Shown piece by piece: positions 40,502-46,297 of a stretch of 64,000 nucleotides of DNA; the first letter of the stretch is position 1; every line of letters begins with the position of its first letter. The stretch lies in IMG/VR virus record IMGVR_UViG_3300009159_008407; one strand, 5' to 3'. The stretch is from an uncultured virus (IMG/VR IMGVR_UViG_3300009159_008407) (Duplodnaviria; Heunggongvirae; Uroviricota; Caudoviricetes). The notes below the pieces were generated by a model that was not told the DNA's origin, made no database searches, and saw only the letters and a program-made list of their open reading frames with translations. The position numbers were made by a program, and so were the translations under genes.

Positions 40502-40585
40502 GCTGGATTACCCAAGTGGCCAAAGGGGATGGTTTTGTAAACCATTGCGATAGCTTCGTGAGTTCGAATCTCACATCCAGCTCCA
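40502..40585 (+). tRNA. tRNA-Thr(TGT) with extended variable arm
   Basis: loop TTTGTAA, CCA. Confidence 0.88.
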
Positions 40586-40594
40586 ATTTCAAAA

Positions 40595-40669
40595 GCGGTG
40601 TAAATGTTAATGGCTGCACACCTGACTTCCAATCAGAAGGAGAGGGTTCGATTCCCTCACACCGCACCA
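40595..40669 (+). tRNA. tRNA-Gly(TCC)
   Basis: loop CTTCCAA, CCA. Confidence 0.88.
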
Positions 40670-40676
40670 ATTTCAA

Positions 40677-40753
40677 CAGGATATAGCGCAGTCTGGTAGC
40701 GCACTCGCCTTGGAAGTGAGTGGTCGTTGGTTCGAATCCAACTATCCTGACCA
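40677..40753 (+). tRNA. tRNA-Pro(TGG)
   Basis: loop CTTGGAA, canonical D/T arms, CCA. Confidence 0.93.
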
Positions 40754-40755
40754 AT

Positions 40756-40847
40756 TTAGGCGGCAGGTCAATGGCCATTTATGATGTGTGTGGGAGCCAG
40801 ATATTGATTATTGATGCATAGATAGCGGAATAAGCACATCAGCCTAA
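40756..40847 (+). ncRNA. structured non-tRNA element B
   Basis: TTAGGC/GCCTAA closing stem, TGATGTG/CACATCA stem, possible GTCAATG/TATTGAT loop-loop pairing. Confidence 0.5.
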
Positions 40848-40858
40848 TTAATTTTCAA

Positions 40859-40935
40859 CAGGATATAGTTGTAGCCTGGTAGCACACTAGATTTGGGATC
40901 TAGAAGCGCGAGTTCAAATCTCGCTATCCTGACCA
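40859..40935 (+). tRNA. tRNA-Pro(TGG), second copy
   Basis: loop TTTGGGA, same acceptor stem as first copy, CCA. Confidence 0.88.
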
Positions 40936-40940
40936 GTTTA

Positions 40941-41023
40941 TAAGATCGGCCCGGAGCATACCCGATAAAAAGGCACTTAGAAAGAAACCTTCGCATAGCG
41001 AAAACTTACCAAAGACCGGCCCA
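40941..41023 (+). ncRNA. pseudoknotted CCA-terminated non-tRNA element C
   Basis: TAAG/CTTA, ATCGG/CCGAT, AAGG/CCTT, TCGC/GCGA stems; loop CCGG complements 3' CCGG; ends CCCA. Confidence 0.5.
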
Positions 41024-41026
41024 TAT

Positions 41027-41120
41027 GGAGAGTTAACTAGACAAGGCGCTAGGGATGTTTGCTAAACATCACGCACTTCCTAAAAAGAGGTGTGCGGGGC
41101 AGGACCGCAGCTCTCCTCCA
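41027..41120 (+). tRNA. tRNA-Ser(GCT), atypical T loop
   Basis: loop TTGCTAA, long variable arm, T loop GGCAGGA, CCA. Confidence 0.85.
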
Positions 41121-41123
41121 TTT

Positions 41124-41203
41124 TTGTAGAGCAGCAATGCTAGTGTGTGGCCGAAAGACTGATGGTGAGGCGTTTCGGGTAAAACCTCGCAACCATCCTA
41201 CAA
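41124..41203 (+). ncRNA. four-way-junction RNA with kissing loops, element D
   Basis: four helices with no unpaired junction bases, GCAA tetraloop, CCGAAA/TTTCGG loop complementarity. Confidence 0.65.
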
Positions 41204-41211
41204 TTTCAAAT

Positions 41212-41286
41212 GCCCCTGTAGCTGAGCAGCTTTAGCAATGGACCGATAAACCATAGACGTTGGTGCAAATCCAACTAGGGGTGCAA
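41212..41286 (+). tRNA. tRNA-Ile(GAT), degenerate
   Basis: loop CCGATAA (C33), A:A mismatch in anticodon stem, ends CAA not CCA. Confidence 0.6.
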
Positions 41287-41294
41287 ATTTCAAA

Positions 41295-41368
41295 CCTTCT
41301 GTAGCTGAGTGGTTTAGCTCTGTCTTGATAAGGCAGCGACGCAGGTTCAATTCCTGCCAGAAGGACCA
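41295..41368 (+). tRNA. tRNA-Ile(GAT)
   Basis: loop TTGATAA, CCA. Confidence 0.9.
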
Positions 41369-41374
41369 ATTTAT

Positions 41375-41450
41375 ATCCGGTAATGTTCCAAGGCTGGCGA
41401 CTTAGACTCCAAATCTGAGTGGGTGGGTTCGATTCCCACACCGGGTGCCA
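41375..41450 (+). tRNA. tRNA-Trp(CCA)
   Basis: loop CTCCAAA, G73, CCA. Confidence 0.9.
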
Positions 41451-41458
41451 TTTTAAAT

Positions 41459-41533
41459 GCCTCGTTAGTGTAATGGAAAGCACGTTTCGCTACGAACGAA
41501 AAAGTAGGAGTTCGAATCTTCTATGAGGTACCA
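41459..41533 (+). tRNA. tRNA-Arg(ACG)
   Basis: loop CTACGAA, CCA. Confidence 0.9.
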
Positions 41534-41537
41534 TTTC

Positions 41538-41612
41538 CGCGCAATAGTGTAAGGTAAAGCACGCTGGCCACACTGGTGCCAGAGGAAGGGTGAAAAGCCT
41601 GATGCGCCACCA
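41538..41612 (+). tRNA. tRNA-like gene with 9-nt anticodon loop, identity undetermined
   Basis: intact D arm and CTGGC/GCCAG stem, loop CACACTGGT, degenerate T arm, ACCA end. Confidence 0.55.
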
Positions 41613-41620
41613 TTTCAAAT

Positions 41621-41697
41621 ACTCTCGATGCTACAGTAGATCGGCACCCGGCTCTTAACCGGATATGATGAGGTTGCAACTACCTCCGAGAGTACCA
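41621..41697 (+). tRNA. tRNA-Lys(CTT)
   Basis: loop CTCTTAA, T loop TGCAACT, CCA. Confidence 0.85.
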
Positions 41698-41706
41698 ATT
41701 TCAAAT

Positions 41707-41783
41707 GCCCGTATAGCACAACTGGTAGATGCATATGATTTAGGATCATAATGTTGGGGGTTCGAATCCCTCTACGGGTACCA
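41707..41783 (+). tRNA. tRNA-Leu(TAG), short variable arm
   Basis: loop TTTAGGA, CCA. Confidence 0.9.
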
Positions 41784-41792
41784 ATTTCAAAT

Positions 41793-41867
41793 GGCTCCTT
41801 AGTGTAATGGTTAGCACAGAAGATTTTGAATCTTTTAGTCCAAGTTCGAGTCTTGGGGGAGCTGCCA
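41793..41867 (+). tRNA. tRNA-Gln(TTG)
   Basis: loop TTTTGAA, CCA. Confidence 0.9.
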
Positions 41868-41876
41868 ATTTCAAAA

Positions 41877-41950
41877 GCCTCTATAATTCAATGGTAGAAT
41901 GATCGTTTCATACGCGATAAACGCTGGTTCGATTCCAGCTAGAGGCACCA
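41877..41950 (+). tRNA. tRNA-Met(CAT) elongator (or Ile2)
   Basis: loop TTCATAC, CCA. Confidence 0.85.
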
Positions 41951-41959
41951 ATTTCAAAA

Positions 41960-42036
41960 CATCCTAAAGCCACAGTAGACCGGCACCGGACTTTTAATCC
42001 GGTATGGTGAGGTTGCAACTACCTCTGGGATGACCA
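41960..42036 (+). tRNA. tRNA-Lys(TTT)
   Basis: loop CTTTTAA, T loop TGCAACT, CCA. Confidence 0.85.
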
Positions 42037-42082
42037 ATTTCAAAAGGAAATAAGTTATAATAAAAGAGTAATTAATTTAAAT

Positions 42083-42159
42083 GACGGTGTAGATTAGTTG
42101 GTTAAATCGTCACGCTTTCAACGTGAAGACCGCGGGTTCGATCCCCGTCGCCGTTACCA
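42083..42159 (+). tRNA. tRNA-Glu(TTC)
   Basis: loop CTTTCAA, CCA. Confidence 0.92.
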
Positions 42160-42168
42160 ATTTCAAAT

Positions 42169-42246
42169 AGAGCTGAAGTCAAACAGCATTGACACTCGCC
42201 TGTCGAGCGAGATATAGAGTGGGGGCAGCACCCATCAGCTCTGCCA
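42169..42246 (+). tRNA. tRNA-Asp(GTC), atypical T loop
   Basis: loop CTGTCGA, G73, T loop GGCAGCA, CCA. Confidence 0.85.
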
Positions 42247-42255
42247 ATTTCAAAT

Positions 42256-42329
42256 TGCAGGTAAGTGGTCTAGTGACCATTCTGGGCTCATAACCCATAG
42301 AGCGCGGTGCGATTCCCGACCTGCATCCA
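42256..42329 (+). tRNA. initiator tRNA-fMet(CAT)
   Basis: GGG/CCC anticodon-stem pairs around CTCATAA, CCA. Confidence 0.82.
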
Positions 42330-42334
42330 ATTTT

Positions 42335-42682
42335 ATGAAACAACCAATCTTCGTTATCAATAAAAGTAAAATCAAAGAGATAGTTGAGCATCAGTGTAAG
42401 TTTACAGGAATTCCTTATTCTCTAGATTGGGGTCATATTAAATCAATTGAAGAACTTTTTGAAAAACTCGATAACGAGGCAACTGAATTTGGGTGTATTA
42501 GAATGCATCGAGTTCATGATTGCATCTACAGCTTTGAGTCACATAAGATGATTACCAATGCAAATAGAATGCTCGATAGAGTTTTTGCATTGTGTAAAAT
42601 ATACAGAGAAGATTTAAACAAAATTTTAGTTGAACAACAATTAGACAGAATATATATTGTTGCAGATAAAAATCCCCAGTAG
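42335..42682 (+). CDS. hypothetical protein inside tRNA array
   Basis: 115-aa ORF; its TAG lies inside tRNA-Asn. Confidence 0.65.
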   Translation: MKQPIFVINKSKIKEIVEHQCKFTGIPYSLDWGHIKSIEELFEKLDNEATEFGCIRMHRVHDCIYSFESHKMITNANRMLDRVFALCKIYREDLNKILVEQQLDRIYIVADKNPQ

Positions 42683-42747
42683 CTCAGTGGTAGAGCGGAC
42701 GGCTGTTAACCGTCATGTCGTACGTTCGAACCGTACCTGGGGAGCCA
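42673..42747 (+). tRNA. tRNA-Asn(GTT)
   Basis: canonical cloverleaf, loop CTGTTAA, CCA. Confidence 0.95.
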
Positions 42748-42789
42748 ATTTAATAGTTGATTCAGATAGGAAAGATATTATAATAAAGT

Positions 42790-42987
42790 ATGACAAAAAC
42801 ATATGACCAACTTAAAGAACTAACTGAAGCTTTTGCAATTGATGATGAAAAATTCATCAACGGTAAATCATCTGCAAGTACAAACGCACGAAAGCGTCTA
42901 CAAGAGATTATCGTACTAGCTAAAGCTCGTCGTAATGAAATTACAGCAGAGAAAAATGCTCGTAAAGAGACAAAAGTTTCAGAGTAG
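42790..42987 (+). CDS. Hc1/histone H1-like small basic protein
   Basis: EKF..GKSSASTNARKRLQEI...K..R.EI pattern. Confidence 0.75.
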   Translation: MTKTYDQLKELTEAFAIDDEKFINGKSSASTNARKRLQEIIVLAKARRNEITAEKNARKETKVSE

Positions 42988-42994
42988 GTAAATT

Positions 42995-43069
42995 GCCCGA
43001 ATAGCTCAACGATAGAGCGCCCGCCTTACACGCGGATTGTTGTAGGTTTGAATCCTACTTCGGGTACCA
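42995..43069 (+). tRNA. tRNA-Val(TAC)
   Basis: loop CTTACAC, CCA. Confidence 0.9.
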
Positions 43070-43075
43070 TTTTAT

Positions 43076-43150
43076 GGGGCGTTAGTGATAATGGTAGCAC
43101 ATGATCCTTGCACGGTTGAAGAAAGGGTTCGAATCCCTTACGCTCCACCA
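43076..43150 (+). tRNA. tRNA-Ala(TGC)
   Basis: G3-U70 pair, loop CTTGCAC, CCA. Confidence 0.92.
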
Positions 43151-43153
43151 ATT

Positions 43154-43498
43154 TTGATAGTAAGGAAAGACGCAGGTTGCGTGTAATGAGAAAATAATGT
43201 GAGGGGCCGGGTAAGACCTGAAATGCATTGCAATGCAAAGTATGATAATACTGGACGGAAGCATTATGAAGTGTATATTACAAACGGAGAATGGGCAGAG
43301 AGGGATCTGTAGATAGACCAGATACTCTTGGATACCTCACCGGCTATCGATATTCAGAAATATTCAACTAACTGTCAGTTTCGTTGCTGTTCCTGGCACT
43401 TTGGCTGTTCAGATTCACGTCTGACTGGGTGCGCTTGCACAAGCTCATTGAATGGTTTCTGAGGCACTCGTTGAATTAGCTACTCAATAGAGTGTCAA
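43154..43498 (+). ncRNA. about 345-nt structured RNA candidate, element E
   Basis: GC-richer than coding DNA, long-range stems, followed by the tRNA spacer ATTTTCAAAT. Confidence 0.5.
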
Positions 43499-43510
43499 CA
43501 ATTTTCAAAT

Positions 43511-43585
43511 GCGCAATGAGCCAGCTGATGTAGGTGGCGGTCTGCAAAATCGCTTAGCAGGGTTTGATTCCCTGATTGCGCTCCA
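43511..43585 (+). tRNA. tRNA-Cys(GCA)
   Basis: loop CTGCAAA, U73, CCA. Confidence 0.88.
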
Positions 43586-43593
43586 ATTTAAAT

Positions 43594-43668
43594 GCCTGGT
43601 TCGTTCAACGGATAGGACAAGGCTCTTCTAAAGCCTTTATGTGGGTTCGATTCCCGCACCAGGTACCA
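43594..43668 (+). tRNA. tRNA-Arg(TCT)
   Basis: loop CTTCTAA, CCA. Confidence 0.92.
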
Positions 43669-43677
43669 CTTTCAAAA

Positions 43678-43752
43678 TCTCTTCGTATCATAAAAGTAAT
43701 GTCATCGCCTGTGAAGCGATCTAAGATGGAGCATTACCATCCAAGAGAACCA
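43678..43752 (+). tRNA. tRNA-His(GTG), atypical
   Basis: loop CTGTGAA; A73, no encoded G-1, T loop AGCATTA, CCA. Confidence 0.7.
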
Positions 43753-43760
43753 CTTTCAAT

Positions 43761-43837
43761 GCCCTGGTAGCACAATTGGTAGATGCATCGGATTTAAGAT
43801 CCGTGTGTTGTCGGTTCGAATCCGACTCAGGGTACCA
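43761..43837 (+). tRNA. tRNA-Leu(TAA), short variable arm
   Basis: loop TTTAAGA, CCA. Confidence 0.9.
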
Positions 43838-43846
43838 ATTTACTAC

Positions 43847-44089
43847 ATGAAAGAAGAAGAAACATTACAACAAATGCTCAACAAGTGTTTACGAAGAAAC
43901 ATAGTATTTGATTTTCATGGACGAAAATGTAGAGCAAATTTAAATCTAACATTACAATACATTGCATCCTTAGATTTTGAGGGCAGTGATATTTCTAAAG
44001 AGTATGTGGATTACCCCTCATTGCAAGACATTAATTTCTTTATGAAAGTTGAAAAATATCTTAAAGCTGAAGGGTTCTTCGATATATGA
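43847..44089 (+). CDS. hypothetical protein
   Basis: ATG just after tRNA-Leu; MKEEETLQQ. Confidence 0.6.
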   Translation: MKEEETLQQMLNKCLRRNIVFDFHGRKCRANLNLTLQYIASLDFEGSDISKEYVDYPSLQDINFFMKVEKYLKAEGFFDI

Positions 44090-44094
44090 TCATC

Positions 44095-44962
44095 TGGCAG
44101 TTGCAATGAGGTATTTATAAATTTAAAATCTAACAAATTTTTATATAAATATATGCATGATGGATTCACGCAGAAATATTCTCAAAAAAATGATTGGTAC
44201 ATTGATAGCTTCTTTTGCTAAACCAATACAAGCTTTACCTGCAGCAAAAAGACTTTCATCTGTTGGCAGCGGATTAAAAGGTGCTACAATCAACATTGGT
44301 AGATTTAAAAAAGGCGATTGGTATAATATTTTTTCGACTATTACCACTAGTGATAACGCAAAAATATTTGCACAAAAAGCAAATCAACAATTGAGTTCAA
44401 TCAAAATAAATGATGAATTAGCAAAAGCAATTGTGAATTATGTTGCAAAAGATGGGGATACATTTGCAGATTATGTACAAGAAACACTATTAGATAAATT
44501 TCCAAGTAATAAAAATTTTACACCAGAAGATGTCGAACAATTTGTGCAGCACCCTCTAGACAAAGCCATGGAGTTTTTAAAAGATCCTAAATATCATTCA
44601 GCCGGTGACATTTATTTTAAAAACGCAATGGGTGAACCAAGAGTATTGTACCCTGCTGAAAAAATGATAGATAAAGGGTTATTTCACGGTGATCGAGAAA
44701 TAATAAGCACTATTGATTCAGTTATCAACGATGCAATCAAGGTTGTCAAGAGTGAAATGGGTGAAAAGAAAAAAGAAAAAGCATATGCTAACAGCATTGA
44801 ATACTCTCCAGCAGATTATCTTGGAGGTGCGCCGCAGGGTGGTTCTGAACAGCACGGATACAAACTTGCAGTTGATCATCACACCACTGACATGAAAAAT
44901 TTAATTGCACTGTATGAACAGGTGCAACAACATCATTGATGGTTGGCTGTTGCAATGAGGTA
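44095..44962. repeat. 19-bp direct repeat TGGCWGTTGCAATGAGGTA at 44095-44113 and 44944-44962
   Basis: 18/19 identity, flanking one ORF. Confidence 0.8.
44157..44939 (+). CDS. hypothetical protein with twin-arginine-like N terminus
   Basis: SRRNILKK + short hydrophobic stretch; TATAAATA upstream. Confidence 0.7.
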   Translation: MMDSRRNILKKMIGTLIASFAKPIQALPAAKRLSSVGSGLKGATINIGRFKKGDWYNIFSTITTSDNAKIFAQKANQQLSSIKINDELAKAIVNYVAKDGDTFADYVQETLLDKFPSNKNFTPEDVEQFVQHPLDKAMEFLKDPKYHSAGDIYFKNAMGEPRVLYPAEKMIDKGLFHGDREIISTIDSVINDAIKVVKSEMGEKKKEKAYANSIEYSPADYLGGAPQGGSEQHGYKLAVDHHTTDMKNLIALYEQVQQHH

Positions 44963-45013
44963 CAAGCCCAACGCAATGCCAAAAATTCCTAAAATTATAA
45001 ATAAATAGTCCAT
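44933..45013 (-). CDS. 26-aa hydrophobic peptide
   Basis: MDYLFIILGIFGIALGLYLIATANHQ. Confidence 0.45.
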   Translation of the reverse strand: MDYLFIILGIFGIALGLYLIATANHQ

Positions 45014-45030
45014 AAGGACTGCAGTTCAAG

Positions 45031-45117
45031 CTAAGGCAAAACTTTTGCTATAGCGATGAAGATTGCAGTAATGCAAAAAAGTCCTAAAAACATTTCTAAT
45101 ATTTCAAGGACATTCAT
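45031..45117 (-). CDS. 28-aa hydrophobic peptide
   Basis: MNVLEILEMFLGLFCITAIFIAIAKVLP, TAAATA 5 nt upstream. Confidence 0.5.
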   Translation of the reverse strand: MNVLEILEMFLGLFCITAIFIAIAKVLP

Positions 45118-45223
45118 ATCATTATTTATGTTTGGTGTTAGATCAAAATTTAAAACAATAGTGGAACTCTAAAGGAAATACATTATAATAGTAGTAAGTA
45201 ACAAAACAATTACTACAAAATAT

Positions 45224-46240
45224 ATGACAAATACATTAGAACAAGTAAAAGACAAAGTAAAGCAACACACAATCGTACCTTTTAATACTCAGCATATTAC
45301 ATGTGAGCATAATCGACTTATTATCGCTGATAAGTACTCAACGACCAATACCAGGCGAATTATGGATGCAATCGGTATTCGTACAAATCTTTCAAAAGAG
45401 ATTTTTGCAAAGCCAGCAGAAAATTGGGATTCAATTCGTACCGCATTGAATACTATTGATAAAAATAAGCAGTTTACCTGTATTGTTGATCACAATAATA
45501 ACGTTAATACGCTAGTTAATTCTAACGTAAAAGAAAATACTCAACTCAATTTTGATGAACGTCTTGATGAGCTCTTCAATACTATTGACGAAAATATTAA
45601 TCACAACCTGCAACGTATCGAATGGAATAGCGAAACGTGTAATGTAGAAGTGCATACTGTTGGTGGTGATGATATTAATTGCGGCCTCGGTGATCTTTGG
45701 AAGTTCGGAGCAACCTCTATTATTGGTCACGCAAGTCAGCAATTTGCAAATTACTTTTTGCGTCTTATGTGCACAAATGGTATGACTACTCGTGAGCAAC
45801 TTGCATATCGTGTGGCAGCTGTTAGTAAGAATATCGGTAAGCAATTTTTGAAATTCGCTAATAACGATAGTATAATTAGCAGTGTTAAACCTCGCGTTGA
45901 TGCTCTACGAAATGCTCGAGCCTCTCTATATGAAGTCAATTGTGTTGCAAGTCAACTTAATAAAGAATCTCGTGAACGTTTTATGCCTCAATATTCAAGT
46001 ATTGTTGCTGACTTCCATAACGCTGGTCATTCAGTTGATAACTTTAGCGCAAAACGTCAGAAGTTTATTTATACAGATGAAAATCTATATGATGTATTCA
46101 ACCTTGCTACCAATCTTGCAAGTCATGAACGTAGTGTTATTGGTAATGATACTGCAATGCGCTTGAATAAATCTGCTGGTGAAATCTTTACTAATGGACC
46201 AAATCTCAAGTTTAACTTACTTGATATTTACAATAAGTAA
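45224..46240 (+). CDS. DUF932-like early protein
   Basis: RLMCTNGM motif, NLYDVFNLAT..ASH; AGGAAA-N5-TATAAT promoter. Confidence 0.65.
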   Translation: MTNTLEQVKDKVKQHTIVPFNTQHITCEHNRLIIADKYSTTNTRRIMDAIGIRTNLSKEIFAKPAENWDSIRTALNTIDKNKQFTCIVDHNNNVNTLVNSNVKENTQLNFDERLDELFNTIDENINHNLQRIEWNSETCNVEVHTVGGDDINCGLGDLWKFGATSIIGHASQQFANYFLRLMCTNGMTTREQLAYRVAAVSKNIGKQFLKFANNDSIISSVKPRVDALRNARASLYEVNCVASQLNKESRERFMPQYSSIVADFHNAGHSVDNFSAKRQKFIYTDENLYDVFNLATNLASHERSVIGNDTAMRLNKSAGEIFTNGPNLKFNLLDIYNK

Positions 46241-46297
46241 GTTAAAAGTGGTTGCAGGTTAATCACGTAAAACCCCTGCATTAAATAAATAACATAG

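Larger units (their letters stand above)
39070..45189 (+). promoter_or_regulatory. six copies of AGGAAA-N5-TATAAT promoter motif (39070, 39635, 39890, 42045, 42768, 45173)
   Basis: identical spacing in all six copies, each upstream of a gene or tRNA block. Confidence 0.8.

Noticed and set aside
40249..41203. Theta (HDV-like) or hammerhead ribozymes after tRNAs
   Set aside because: Could not build the nested double pseudoknot or a CTGATGA/GAAA core by eye; inserts do not start directly at tRNA 3' ends
43154..43498. Firm call as tmRNA or RNase P RNA
   Set aside because: No alanyl acceptor/T-arm ends, no tag ending in Ala-Ala, and no intact GAGGAAAGTCC or ACAGAA core; kept only as an unknown ncRNA
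39868..43770. ORF-track entries overlapping tRNAs (39868, 40404, 40444, 41232, 42179, 43026, 43082, 43576), and the 5' part of 46945..47238
   Set aside because: Chance open frames across GC-rich RNA genes
40080..43837. Regularly spaced CCAATTTCAAA repeats suggesting a CRISPR array
   Set aside because: They are tRNA CCA ends plus short spacers; the units between them fold as tRNAs
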